Shown here piece after piece: positions 35,901-50,900 of a stretch of 64,000 nucleotides of DNA. Source of the DNA: Balanoglossus misakiensis (lineage: Eukaryota; Animalia; Hemichordata); assembly GCA_040954595.2 (NCBI GenBank), contig CM082590.2, positions 2,542,001 to 2,606,000 of the forward strand, written 5' to 3'. A program made the translations under genes and the position numbers. The notes beneath the pieces were generated by a model. That model did no database searches and had not been told where the DNA came from. It saw only the letters and a program-made list of their open reading frames with translations. Every line of letters starts with the position of its first letter. The stretch's first letter is position 1.

Positions 35901-38900
35901 ATGGTTGTTTCCAAACACAGCCTCGTTTATTTACCGATTTCTGTTGTGAGGCGCTGAACACATGATAGGCCTATACGCATAAGAAAGTTTTCCACTATAC
36001 TCTGTAGATCGACGGATAGTTCTAAAATTTCCATGGTTGCTTCCAAACAGCCTCGTTTATTTACCGATTTCTGTTGTGAGGCGCAGAACACATGATAGGC
36101 CCATGCTCATAAGAAATTTTTCCACTAGACTGTGTAGATCGAGAGATAGTTCAAAAATTTCCGTGGTTGCTTCCAAACAGCCTCGTTTGTTTACAAAATT
36201 AGTTTGTGATGCGCAGAACACATAGATAGGCCTATGCGCAAAAGAACGTTTTCCACTAGACTCTGTAGATCGATGGATAGTTCTAAAATTTACATGGGTG
36301 CTTCTAAACAGCCTCGTTTATTTACCGATTTCTGTTGTGAGGCGCTGAACACATGATAGGCCTATACGCATAAGAAAGTTTTCCACTATACTCTGTAGAT
36401 CGACGGATAGTTGTAAAATTTCAATGGTTGCTTCCAAACAGCCTCGTTTATTTACCGAATTCTGTTGTGATGCGCAGAACACATGATAGGCCCATGCTCA
36501 TAAGAAATTTTTCCACTAGACTGTGTAGATCGAGAGATAGTTCAAAAATTTCCGTGGTTGCTTCCAAACAGCCTCGTTTGTTTACAAAATTAGTTTGTGA
36601 TGCGCAGAACACATAGATAGGCCTATGCGCAAAAGAACGTTTTCCACTAGACTCTGTAGATCGATGGATAGTTCTAAAATGTCCATGGTTGATTTCAAAC
36701 AGCCTTGTTTATTTACCGAATTCTGCTGTGATGCGCAGAACACATAGATAGGCCTATGTGCATAAGAAAGTTTTCCACTAGACTCTGTAGATCGACGGAT
36801 AGTTCTAAAATTTCCATGGTTGCATCCAAACAGCCTCGTTTATTTACCGATTTCTGTTGTGAGGCGCAGAACACGTGATAGGCCTATGCGCATAAGAAAG
36901 TTTTTTACTAGACTCTGCAGATTGACGGATAGTTCTAAAATTTACATGGGTGCTTCTAAACAGCCTCGTTTATTTACCGATTTCTGTTGTGAGGCGCTGA
37001 ACACATGATAGGCCTATACGCATAAGAAAGTTTTCCACTATACTCTGTAGATCGACGGATAGTTGTAAAATTTCAATGATTGCTTCCAAACAGCCTCGTT
37101 TATTTACCGAATTCTGTTGTGATGCGCAGAACACATGATAGGACTATGCGCATAAGAAATGTTTCCACTAGACTCTGTAGATCGACGGGTAGTTCTAAAA
37201 TTTCCATAGTTGCTTCCAAACAGCCTCGTTTATTTACCGAATTCTGTTGTTAGGCGCAGAACACGTGATAGGCCTATGCGCATAAGAAAGTTTTCCACTA
37301 GACTCTGTAGATCGACGGATAGTTCTAAAATTGCCATGGTTGCTTCCAAACAGCCTCGTTTATTTAATGAATTCTGTTGTGATGCGCAGAACACATGATA
37401 GGCCTATGCGCATAAAAATTTTTCCACTAGACTCTGTAGATCGACGGATAGTTCTAAAATATCCATACTTGCTGCCAAACAGCCTCGTTTATTTACCGAA
37501 TTATGTTGTGAGGCGCAGAACACGTGATAGGCCTATGCGCATCAGAAAGTTTTCCACTAGACTCTGTAGATCGAGAGATAGTTCTAAAATTTCCAATGTT
37601 GCCTCAAAACACAGCCTCGTTTGTTTACAAAATTCTGTTGTGATGCGCAGAACACATAGATAGGCCTATGCACATAAGAACGTTTTCCACTAGACTCTGT
37701 AGATCGACGGATAGTTCTAAAATTTCCATGGTTGCTTCCAAACACAGTCTCGTTTGTTTACAAAAGTCTGCAGTGATGCGCAGAACACATGATAGGCCTA
37801 TGCGCATAAGAAACTTTTTCACTGTAGATCGACGGATAGTTCTAAAATTTCCATAGACTCTGTAGATCGAGAGATAGTTCTAAAATTTCCATGGTTGCTT
37901 CCAAACACAGCCTCGTTTGTTTACAAAATTCTTTTGTGATGCGCAGAACACATAGATAGGCCTATGCGCATAAGAAAGTTTTCCACTAGACTCTGTAGAT
38001 CGACGGATAGTTCTAAAATTTCCATGGTTGCTTCCAAACAGCCTCGTTTATTTACCGAATTCTGTTGTGAGGCGCAGAGCACGTAATAGGCCTATGCGCA
38101 TACGAAAGTTTTCCACCAGACTCCGTAGATCGACGGATAGTTGTAAAATTCCATGGTTGTTTCCAAACACAGCCTCGTTTATTTACCGATTTCTGTTGTG
38201 AGGCGCTGAACACATGATAGGCCTATACGCATAAGAAAGTTTTCCACTATACTCTGTAGATCGACGGATAGTTCTAAAATTTCCATGGTTGCTTCCAAAC
38301 AGCCTCGTTTATTTACCGATTTCTGTTGTGAGGCGCAGAACACATGATAGGCCCATGCTCATAAGAAATTTTTCCACTAGACTGTGTAGATCGAGAGATA
38401 GTTCAAAAATTTCCGTGGTTGCTTCCAAACAGCCTCGTTTGTTTACAAAATTATTTTGTGATGCGCAGAACACATAGATAGGCCTATGCGCAAAAGAACG
38501 TTTTCCACTAGACTCTGTAGATCGACGGATAGTTGTAAAATTTCAACGGTTGCTTCCAAACAGCCTCGTTTATTTACCGAATTCTGTTGTGATGCGCAGA
38601 ACACATGATAGGACTATGCGCATAAGAAATTTTTCCAGTAGACTCTGTAGATCAACGGGTAGTTCTAAAATTTCCATAGTTGCTTCCAAACAGCCTCGTT
38701 TATTTACCAAATTCTGTTGTTAGGCGCAGAACACGTGATAGGCCTATGCGCATAAGAAAGTTTTCCACTAGACTCTGTAGATCGACGGATAGTTCTAAAA
38801 TTGCCATGGTTGCTTCCAAACAGCCTCGTTAATTTACCGATTTCTGTTGTGAGGCGCAGAACACATGATAGGCCTATGCGCATAAGAAATTTTTCCACTA

Positions 38901-41900
38901 GACTCTGTAGATCGACGGATAGTTCTAAAATGTCCATGGTTGCTTCCAAACAGCCTCGTTTATTTAATGAATTCTGTTGTGATGCGCAGAACACATGATA
39001 GGCCTATGCGCATAAGAATTTTTCCACTAGACTCTGTAGATCGACGGATAGTTCTAAAATATCCATACTTGCTTCCAAACAGCCTCGTTTATTTACCGAA
39101 TTATGTTGTGAGGCGCAGAACACGTGATAGGCCTATGCGCATTAGAAAGTTTTCCACTAGACTCTGTAGATCGAGAGATAGTTCTAAAATTTCCAAGGTT
39201 GCTTCCAAACACAGCCTCGTTTGTTTACAAAATTCTGTTGTGATGCGCAGAACACATAGATAGGCCTATGCACATAAGAACGTTTTCCACTAGACTCTGT
39301 AGATCGACGGATAGTTCTAAAATTTCCATGGTTGCTTCCAAACACAGTCTCGTTTGTTTACAAAAGTCTGCAGTGATGCGCAGAACACATGATAGGCCTA
39401 TGCGCATAAGAAACTTTTTCACTGTAGATCGACGGATAGTTCTAAAATTTCCATAGACTCTGTAGATCGAGAGATAGTTCTAAAATTTCCATGGTTGCTT
39501 CCAAACACAGCCTCGTTTGTTTACAAAATTCTTTTGTGATGCGCAGAACACATAGCTAGGCCTATGCGCATAAGAAAGTTTTCCACTAGACTCTGTAGAT
39601 CGACGGATAGTTCTAAAATTTCCATGGTTGCTTCCAAACAGCCTCGTTTATTTACCGAATTCTGTTGTGAGGCGCAGAGCACGTAATAGGCCTATGCGCA
39701 TACGAAAGTTTTCCACCAGACTCCGTAGATCGACGGATAGTTGTAAAATTCCATGGTTGTTTCCAAACACAGCCTCGTTTATTTACCGATTTCTGTTGTG
39801 AGGCGCTGAACACATGATAGGCCTATACGCATAAGAAAGTTTTCCACTATACTCTGTAGATCGACGGATAGTTCTAAAATTTCAATGGTTGCTTCCAAAC
39901 AGCCTCGTTTATTTACCGAATTCTGTTGTGATGCGCAGAACACATGATAGGACTATGCGCATAAGAAATTTTTCCACTAGACTCTGTAGATCGACGGGTA
40001 GTTCTAAAATTTCCATAGTTGCTTCCAAACAGCCTCGTTTATTTACCGAATTCTGTTGTTAGGCGCAGAACACGTGATAGGCCTGTGCGCATAAGAAAGT
40101 TTTCCACTAGACTCTGTAGATCGACGGATAGTTCTAAAATTGCCATGGTTGCTTCCAAACAGCCTCGTTAATTTACCGATTTCTGTTGTGAGGCGCAGAA
40201 CACATGATAGGCCTATGCGCATAAGAAATTTTTCCACTAGACTCTGTAGATCGACGGATAGTTCTAAAATGTCCATGGTTGCGTCCAAACAGCCTCGTTT
40301 ATTTAATGAATTCTGTTGTGATGCGCAGAACACATGATAGGCCTATGCGCATAAGAATTTTTCCACTAGACTCTGTAGATCGACGGATAGTTCTAAAATA
40401 TCCATACTTGCTTCCAAACAGCCTCGTTTATTTACCGAATTATGTTGTGAGGCGCAGAACACGTGATAGGCCTATGCGCATTAGAAAGTTTTCCACTAGA
40501 CTCTGTAGATCGAGAGATAGTTCTAAAATTTCCAAGGTTGCTTCCAAACACAGTCTCGTTTGTTTACAAAAGTCTGCAGTGATGCGCAGAACACATGATA
40601 GGCCTATGCGCATAAGAAACTTTTTCACTGTAGATCGACGGATAGTTCTAAAATTTCCATAGACTCTGTAGATCGAGAGATAGTTCTAAAATTTCCATGG
40701 TTGCTTCCAAACACAGCCTCGTTTGTTTACAAAATTCTTTTGTGATGCGCAGAACACATAGCTAGGCCTATGCGCATAAGAAAGTTTTCCACTAGACTCT
40801 GTAGATCGACGGATAGTTCTAAAATGTCCATGGTTGATTTCAAACAGCCTTGTTTATTTACCGAATTCTGCTGTGATGCGCAGAACACATAGATAGGCCT
40901 ATGTGCATAAGAAAGTTTTCCACTAGACTCTGTAGATCGACGGATAGTTCTAAAATTTCCATGGTTGCATCCAAACAGCCTCGTTTATTTACCGATTTCT
41001 GTTGTGAGGCGCAGAACACGTGATAGGCCTATGCGCATAAGAAAGTTTTTTACTAGACTCTGCAGATCGACGGATAGTTCTAAAATTTCCATGGTTGCTT
41101 CCAAACACAGCCTCGTTTATTTCCAAATTCTGTTGTAATGCGCAGAACACATAGATAGGCCTATGCGCATAAGAACGTTTTCCACTAGACTCTATAGATC
41201 GACGGATAGTTCTAAAATTTCCATGGTTGCTTCCAAACACAGCCTCGTTTGTTTACAAAATTCTGCAGTGATGCGCAGAACACATGATAGGCCTATGCGC
41301 ATAAGAAACTTTTTCACTGTAGATCGACGGATAGTTCTAAAATTTCCATGGTTGATTCCAAACACAACCTCGTTTGTTTACAAAATTCTGTTGTAATGCG
41401 CAGAACACATAGCTAGGCCTATGCGCATTAGAAATTTTTCCACTAGACTCTGTAGATCGAGAGATAGTTCTAAAATATACGTGGTTGCCTCAAAACACAG
41501 CCTCGTTTGTTTACAAAATTCTGTTGTGATGCGCAGAACACATAGATAGGCCTATGCGCATAAGAACGTTTTCCACTAGACCTTTTAGATCGACGGATAG
41601 TTCTAAAATTTCCATGGTTGTTTCCAAACAGCCTCGTTTATTTACCGATTTCTGTTGTGAGGCGCTGAACACATAGATAGGCCTATGCGCATAAGAAAGT
41701 TTTCCACTAGACGCTGAAGGTCGACGGATAGTTCTAAAATTTCCATGGTTGCTTCCAAACAGCCTCGTTTATTTACCGATTTCTGTTGTGAGGCGCAGAA
41801 CACATGATAGGCCCATGCGCATAAGAAATTTTTCCACTAGACTCTGTAGATCGACGGATAGTTCTAAAATGTCCATGGTTGCTTCCAAACAAAGCCTCGT

Positions 41901-44900
41901 TTGTTTACAAAATTCTGTTGTGATGCGCAGAACACATATATAGGCCTATGCGCATATGAACGTTTCCCACTATACTCTGTAGATCGAGAGATAGTTCTAA
42001 AATTTCCATGTTTGCTTCCAAACAGCCTCGTTTATTTACGGAATTCTGTTTTGAGGCGCAGAACACATAGATAGGCATATGTGCATAAGAAAGTTTTCCA
42101 CTATAGACTCTGTAGATCGAGAGATAGTTCTAAAATTTCCATGGTTGCTTCCAAACACAGCCTCGTTTGTTTACAAAATTCTGTTGTGATGCGCAGAACA
42201 CATATATAGGCCTATGCGCATAAGAACGTTTTCCACTAGACTCTGTAGATCGACGGATAGCTGTAAAATTTCCATGGTTGCTTCCAAACTGCCTCGTTTA
42301 TTTACCGATTTCTGTTGTGAGGCGCAGAACACATGATAGGCCTATGCGCATAAGACATTTTTCCACTAGACTCTGTAGATCGACGGATAGTTCTAAAATT
42401 TCCATGGTTGCTTCCAAACAGCCTCGTTTATTTACCGAATTCTGTTGTGAGGCGCAGAACACGTAATAGACCTATGCGCATTAGAAAGTTTTCCACAAGA
42501 CTCTGTAGATCGACGGATAGATGTAAAATGTCCACGGTTGCTTCCAAATACAGCCTCGTTTATTTACCGATTTCTGTTGTGATGCGCATAACACATATAT
42601 AGGCCTATGCGCAAAAGAACGTTTTCCACTAGACTCTGTAGATCGACGGATAGCTGTAAAATTTCCATGTTTGCTTCCAAACAGCCTCGTTTATTTACGG
42701 AATTCTGTTGTGAGGCGCAGAACACGTAATAGGCCTATGCGCATTAGAAAGTTTTCCACAGGACTCTGTAGATCGACGGATAGCTGTAAAATTTCCATGT
42801 TTGCTTCCAAACAGCCTTGTTTATTTACGGAATTCTGTTTTGAGGCGCAGAACACATGATAGGCCTATGCGCATACGACATTTTTCCACTAGACTCTGTA
42901 GATCGACGGATAGTTGTAAAATTTCCATGGTTGCTTCCAAACAACCTCGTTTGTTTACCGAATTCTGTTGTGATGCGCAGAACACATATATAGGCCTATG
43001 CGCATAAGAACGTTTTCCACTAGACTCTGTAGATCGACGGATAGTTGTAAAATGTTCATGGTTGCTTCCAAATACAGCCTCGTTTATTTACCGATTTCTG
43101 TTGTGATGCGCATAACACATAGATAGGCCTATGCGCATTATAACGTTTTCCACTAGACTCTGTAGATCGACGGATAGCTGTAAAATTTCCATGTTTGCTT
43201 GCAAACAGCCTTGTTTATTTACGGAATTCTGTTTTGAGGCGCAGAACACATGATAGGCCTATGCGCATACGACATTTTTCCACTAGACTCTGTAGATCGA
43301 CAGATAGTTCTAAAATTTCCATGTTTGCTTCCAAACAGCCTCGTTTATTTACGGAATTCTGTTTTGAGGCGCAGAACACATAGATAGGCATATGTGCATA
43401 AGAAAGTTTTCCACTATAGACTCTGTAGATCGAGAGATAGTTCTAAAATTTCCATGGTTGCTTCCAAACACAGCCTCGTTTGTTTACAAAATTCTGTTGT
43501 GATGCGCAGAACACATATATAGGCCTATGCGCATAAGAACGTTTTCCACTAGACTCTGTAGATCGACGGATAGCTGTAAAATTTCCATGGTTGCTTCCAA
43601 ACTGCCTCGTTTATTTACCGATTTCTGTTGTGAGGCGCAGAACACATGATAGGCCTATGCGCATAAGACATTTTTCCACTAGACTCTGTAGATCGACGGA
43701 TAATTCTAAAATTTCCATGGTTGCTTCCAAACAGCCTCGTTTATTTACCGAATTCTGTTGTGAGGCGCAGAACACGTAATAGACCTATGCGCATTAGAAA
43801 GTTTTCCACAAGACTCTGTAGATCGACGGATAGATGTAAAATGTCCACGGTTGCTTCCAAATACAGCCTCGTTTATTTACCGATTTCTGTTGTGATGCGC
43901 ATAACACATATATAGGCCTATGCGCAAAAGAACGTTTTCCACTAGACTCTGTAGATCGACGGATAGCTGTAAAATTTCCATGTTTGCTTCCAAACAGCCT
44001 CGTTTATTTACGGAATTCTGTTGTGAGGCGCAGAACACGTAATAGGCCTATGCGCATTAGAAAGTTTTCCACAGGACCCTGTAGATCGACGGATAGCTGT
44101 AAAATTTCCATGTTTGCTTCCAAACAGCCTTGTTTATTTACGGAATTCTGTTTTGAGGCGCAGAACACATGATAGGCCTATGCGCATACGACATTTTTCC
44201 ACTAGACTCTGTAGATCGACGGATAGTTGTAAAATTTCCATGGTTGCTTCCAAACAACCTCGTTTGTTTACCGAATTCTGTTGTGATGCGCAGAACACAT
44301 ATATAGGCCTATGCGCATAAGAACGTTTTCCACTAGACTCTGTAGATCGACGGATAGTTGTAAAATGTTCATGGTTGCTTCCAAATACAGCCTCGTTTAT
44401 TTACCGATTTCTGTTGTGATGCGCATAACACATAGATAGGCCTATGCGCATTATAACGTTTTCCACTAGACTCTGTAGATCGACGGATAGTTGTAAAATT
44501 TCCATGGTTGCTTCCAAACAGCCTCGTTTATTTACCGAATTCTGTTGTTAGGCGCAGAACACGTTATAGGCCTATGCGCATAAGAAAGTTTTCCACCAGA
44601 CTCTGTAGATCGAAGGATTTTTGTAAAATTTCCATGGTTGCTTCCAAACAGCCTCGTTTATTTACCGAATTATGTTGTTAGGCGCAGAACACGTTATAGG
44701 CCTATGCGCATAAGAAAGTTTTCCACCAGACTCTGTAGATGGACTGATAGTTGTAAAATTTCCATGGTTGCTTCCAAACAGCCTCGTTTATTTACTGATT
44801 TCTGTTGTGAGGCGCAGAACACATGATAGGCCAATGCGCATAAGACATTTTTCCACTAGACTCTGTAGATCGACGGATAGTTGTAAAATTTCCATGGTTG

Positions 44901-47900
44901 CTTCCAAACAACCTCGTTTGTTTACGAATTCTGTTGTGATGCGCAGAACACATATATAGGGCTATGCGCATAAGAAAGTTTTCCACCAGACTCCGTAGAT
45001 CGACGGATAGTTGTAAAATTTCCATGGTTGCTTCCAAACAGCCTCGTTTATTTACCGAATTCTGTTGTGAGGCGCAGAACACATAGATAGGCATATGTGC
45101 ATAAGAAAGTTTTCCACTATAGACTCTGTAGATCGAGAGATAGTTCTAAAATGTCCATGGTTGCTACCAAACACAGCCTCGTTTGTTTACAAAATTCTGT
45201 TGTGATGCGCAGAACACATAGATAGGCCTATGCGCATATGAACGTTTTCCACCATACACTGTAGATCGAGAGATAGTTCTAAAACTTCCATGTTTGCTTC
45301 CAAACAGCCTCGTTTATTTGCGGAATTCTGTTTTGAGGCGCAGAACACATAGATAGGCATATGTGAATAAGAAAGTTTTCCACTATAGACTCTGTACATC
45401 GAGAGATAGTTGTAAAATTTCCATGGTTGCTTCCAAACAGCCTCGTTTATTTACCGATTTCTGTTGTGAGGCGCAGAACACATAGATAGGCCTATGCGCA
45501 TGAAAAACTTTTCAACTTTAGATCAACGGATAGTTCTAAAATTTCCATGGTTGTTTCCAAACAGCCTCGTTTATTTACCGAATTCTGTTGTGATGCGTAG
45601 AACACATACATATGCCTATGCGCATAAGAAAGTTTTCCACTAGACTCCGTAGATCGACGAATAGTTCTAAAATGTCCATGGTTGCTTCCAAACAAAGCCT
45701 GGTTTGTTTACAAAATTCTGTTGTGAAGCGCAGAACACATAGATAGGCCTATGCGCATATGAACGTTTTCCACTATACTCTGTAGATCGAGAGATAGTTC
45801 TAAAATTTCCATGTTTGCTTCCAAACAGCCTCGTTTATTTACGGAATTCTGTTTTGAGGCGCAGAACACATAGATAGGCATATGTGCATAAGAAAGTTTT
45901 CCACTATAGACTCTGTAGATCGAGAGATAGTTCTAAAATGTCCATGGTTGCTTCCAAACACAGCCTCGTTTGTTTACAAAATTCTGTTGTGATGCGCAGA
46001 ACACATATATAGGCCTATGCGCATAATAACGTTTTCCACTAGACTCTGTAGATCGACGGATAGTTGTAAAATTTCCATGGTTGCTTCCAAACAGCCTCGT
46101 TTATTTACCGAATTCTGTTGTAAGGCACAGAACACATAGATAGGCCTATGTGCATAAGAAAGTTTTCCACTATAGACTCTGTAGATCGAGAGATAGTTCT
46201 AAAATGTCCATGGTTGCTTCCAAACACAGCCTCGTTTGTTTACAAAATTCTGTTGTGATGCGCAGAACACATATATAGGCCTATGCGCATAAGAACGTTT
46301 CCACTAGACTCTGTAGATCGACGGATAGTTGTAAAATTTCCATGGTTGCTTCCAAACAGCCTCGTTTATTTACCGAATTCTGTTGTGAGGCGCAGAACAC
46401 GTAATAGGCCTATGCGCATTAGAAACTTTTCCACAAGACTCTGTAGATCGACGGATAGATGTAAAATGTCCACGGTTGCTTCCAAATACAGCCTCGTTTA
46501 TTTACCGATTTCTGTTGTGATGCGCATAACACATATATAGGCCTATGCGCAAAAGAACGTTTTCCACTAGACTCTGTAGATCGACGGATAGCTGTAAAAT
46601 TTCCATGTTTGCTTCCAAACAGCCTCGTTTATTTACGGAATTCTGTTGTGAGGCGCAGAACACGTAATAGGCCTATGCGCATTAGAAAGTTTTCCACAAG
46701 ACTCTGTAGATCGACGGATAGTTGTAAAATGTCCATGGTTGCTTCCAAATACAGCCTCGTTTATTTACCGATTTCTGTTGTGATGCGCATAACACATATA
46801 TAGGCCTATGCGCAAAAGAACGTTTTCCACTAGACTCTGTAGATCGACGGATAGCTGTAAAATTTCCATGTTTGCTTGCAAACAGCCTCGTTTATTTACG
46901 GAATTCTGTTTTGAGGCGCAGAACACATGATAGGCCTATGCGCATACGACATTTTTCCACTAGACTCTGTAGATCGACGGATAGTTGTAGAATTTCCATG
47001 GTTGCTTCCAAACAACCTCGTTTGTTTACCGAATTCTGTTGTGATGCGCAGAACACATATATAGGCCTATGCGCATAAGAACGTTTTCCACTAGACTCTG
47101 TAGATCGACGGATAGTTGTAAAATGTTCATGGTTGCTTCCAAATACAGCCTCGTTTATTTACCGATTTCTGTTGTGATGCGCATAACACATAGATAGGCC
47201 TATGCGCATTATAACGTTTTCCACTAGACTCTGTAGATCGACGGATAGTTGTAAAATTTCCATGGTTGCTTCCAAACAGCCTCGTTTATTTACCGAATTC
47301 TGTTGTTAGGCGCAGAACACGTTATAGGCCTATGCGCATAAGAAAGTTTTCCACCAGACTCTGTAGATCGACGGATAGTTGTAAAATTTCCATGGTTGCT
47401 TCCAAACAGCCTCGTTTATTTACCGAATTCTGTTGTTAGGCGCAGAACACGTTATAGGCCTATGCGCATAAGAAAGTTTTCCACCAGACTCTGTAGATGG
47501 ACTGATAGTTGTAAAATTTCCATGGTTGCTTCCAAACAGCCTCGTTTATTTACTGATTTCTGTTGTGAGGCGCAGAACACATGATAGGCCAATGCGCATA
47601 AGACATTTTTCCACTAGACTCTGTAGATCGACGGATAGTTGTAAAATTTCCATGGTTGCTTCCAAACAACCTCGTTTGTTTACGAATTCTGTTGTGATGC
47701 GCAGAACACATATATAGGGCTATGCGCATAAGAAAGTTTTCCACCAGACTCCGTAGATCGACGGATAGTTGTAAAATTTCCATGGTTGCTTCCAAACAGC
47801 CTCGTTTATTTACCGAATTCTGTTGTGAGGCGCAGAACACATAGATAGGCATATGTGCATAAGAAAGTTTTCCACTATAGACTCTGTAGATCGAGAGATA

Positions 47901-50900
47901 GTTCTAAAATGTCCATGGTTGCTACCAAACACAGCCTCGTTTGTTTACAAAATTCTGTTGTGATGCGCAGAACACATAGATAGGCCTATGCGCATATGAA
48001 CGTTTTCCACCATACACTGTAGATCGAGAGATAGTTCTAAAACTTCCATGTTTGCTTCCAAACAGCCTCGTTTATTTGCGGAATTCTGTTTTGAGGCGCA
48101 GAACACATAGATAGGCATATGTGAATAAGAAAGTTTTCCACTATAGACTCTGTAGATCGAGAGATAGTTGTAAAATTTCCATGGTTGCTTCCAAACAGCC
48201 TCGTTTATTTACCGATTTCTGTTGTGAGGCGCAGAACACATAGATAGGCCTATGCGCATAAAAAACTTTTCAACTTTAGATCAACGGATAGTTCTAAAAT
48301 TTCCATGGTTGTTTCCAAACAGCCTCGTTTATTTACCGAATTCTGTTGTGATGCGTAGAACACATACATATGCCTATGCGCATAAGAAAGTTTTCCACTA
48401 GACTCCGTAGATCGACGAATAGTTCTAAAATGTCCATGGTTGCTTCCAAACAAAGCCTGGTTTGTTTACAAAATTCTGTTGTGATGCGCAGAACACATAG
48501 ATAGGCCTATGCGCATATGAACGTTTTCCACTATACTCTGTAGATCGAGAGATAGTTCTAAAATTTCCATGTTTGCTTCCAAACAGCCTCGTTTATTTAC
48601 GGAATTCTGTTTTGAGGCGCAGAACACATAGATCGGCATATGTGCATAAGAAAGTTTTCCACTATAGACTCTGTAGATCGAGAGATAGTTCTAAAATGTC
48701 CATGGTTGCTTCCAAACACAGCCTCGTTTGTTTACAAAATTCTGTTGTGATGCGCAGAACACATATATAGGCCTATGCGCATAATAACGTTTTCCACTAG
48801 ACTCTGTACATCGACGGATAGTTGTAAAATTTCCATGGTTGCTTCCAAACAGCCTCGTTTATTTACCGAATTCTGTTGTAAGGCACAGAACACATAGATA
48901 GGCCTATGTGCATAAGAAAGTTTTCCACTATAGACTCTGTAGATCGAGAGATAGTTCTAAAATGTCCATGGTTGCTTCCAAACACAGCCTCGTTTGTTTA
49001 CAAAATTCTGTTGTGATGCGCAGAACACATATATAGGCCTATGCGCATAATAACGTTTTCCACTAGACTCTGTAGATCGACGGATAGTTGTAAAATTTCC
49101 ATGGTTGCTTCCAAACAGCCTCGTTTATTTACCGAATTCTGTTGTGAGGCGCAGAACACATAGATAGGCCTATGTGCATAAGAATGTTTTCCACTATAGA
49201 CTCTGTAGATCGAGAGATAGTTCTAAAATGTCCATGGTTGCTACCAAACACAGCCTCGTTTGTTTACAAAATTCTGTTGTGATGCGCAGAACACATATAT
49301 AGGCCTATGCGCATAAGAACGTTTCCACTAGACTCTGTAGATCGACGGATAGTTGTAAAATTTCCATGGTTGCTTCCAAACAGCCTCGTTTATTTACCGA
49401 ATTCTGTTGTTAGGCGCAGAACACGTTATAGGCCTATGCGCATGAGAAAGTTTTCCACCAGACTCTGTAGATGGACTGATAGTTGTAAAATTTCCATGGT
49501 TGCTTCCAAACAGCCTCGTTTATTTACTGATTTCTGTTGTGAGGCGCAGAACACATGATAGGCCAATGCGCATAAGACATTTTTCCACTAGACTCTGTAG
49601 ATCGACGGATAGTTGTAAAATTTCCATGGTTGCTTCCAAACAACCTCGTTTGTTTACGAATTCGGTTGTGATGCGCAGAACACATATATAGGCCTATGCG
49701 CATAAGAACGTTTTCCACTAGACTCTGTAGATCGAGAGATAGTTCTAAAATTTCCATGGTTGCTTCCAAACAGCCTCGTTTATTTACCGAATTCTGTTGT
49801 GAGACGCAGAACACGTAATAGGCCTATGCGCATAAGAAAGTTTTCCACCAGACTCCGTAGATCGACGGATAGTTGTAAAATTTCCATGGTTGCTTCCAAA
49901 CAGCCTCGTTTATTTACCGAATTCTGTTGTGAGGCGCAGAACACATAGATAGGCATATGTGCATAAGAAAGTTTTCCACTATAGACTCTGTAGATCGAGA
50001 GATAGTTCTAAAATGTCCATGGTTGCTTCCAAACAAAGCCTGGTTTGTTTACAAAATTCTGTTGTGATGCGCAGAACACATAGATAGGCCTATGCGCATA
50101 TGAACGTTTTCCACTATACTCTGTAGATCGAGAGATAGTTCTAAAATTTCCATGTTTGCTTCCAAACAGCCTCGTTTATTTACGGAATTCTGTTTTGAGG
50201 CGCAGAACACATAGATCGGCATATGTGCATAAGAAAGTTTTCCACTATAGACTCTGTAGATCGAGAGATAGTTCTAAAATGTCCATGGTTGCTTCCAAAC
50301 ACAGCCTCGTTTGTTTACAAAATTCTGTTGTGATGCGCAGAACACATATATAGGCCTATGCGCATAATAACGTTTTCCACTAGACTCTGTACATCGACGG
50401 ATAGTTGTAAAATTTCCATGGTTGCTTCCAAACAGCCTCGTTTATTTACCGAATTCTGTTGTAAGGCACAGAACACATAGATAGGCCTATGTGCATAAGA
50501 AAGTTTTCCACTATAGACTCTGTAGATCGAGAGATAGTTCTAAAATGTCCATGGTTGCTTCCAAACACAGCCTCGTTTGTTTACAAAATTCTGTTGTGAT
50601 GCGCAGAACACATATATAGGCCTATGCGCATAATAACGTTTTCCACTAGACTCTGTAGATCGACGGATAGTTGTAAAATTTCCATGGTTGCTTCCAAACA
50701 GCCTCGTTTATTTACCGAATTCTGTTGTGAGGCGCAGAACACATAGATAGGCCTATGTGCATAAGAATGTTTTCCACTATAGACTCTGTAGATCGAGAGA
50801 TAGTTCTAAAATGTCCATGGTTGCTACCAAACACAGCCTCGTTTGTTTACAAAATTCTGTTGTGATGCGCAGAACACATATATAGGCCTATGCGCATAAG

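Noticed and set aside
42027-42043. CENP-B box-like cctcgtttatttacgga in some monomers
   Set aside because: Only about 5 of the 9 essential positions match by eye, which is not beyond chance.
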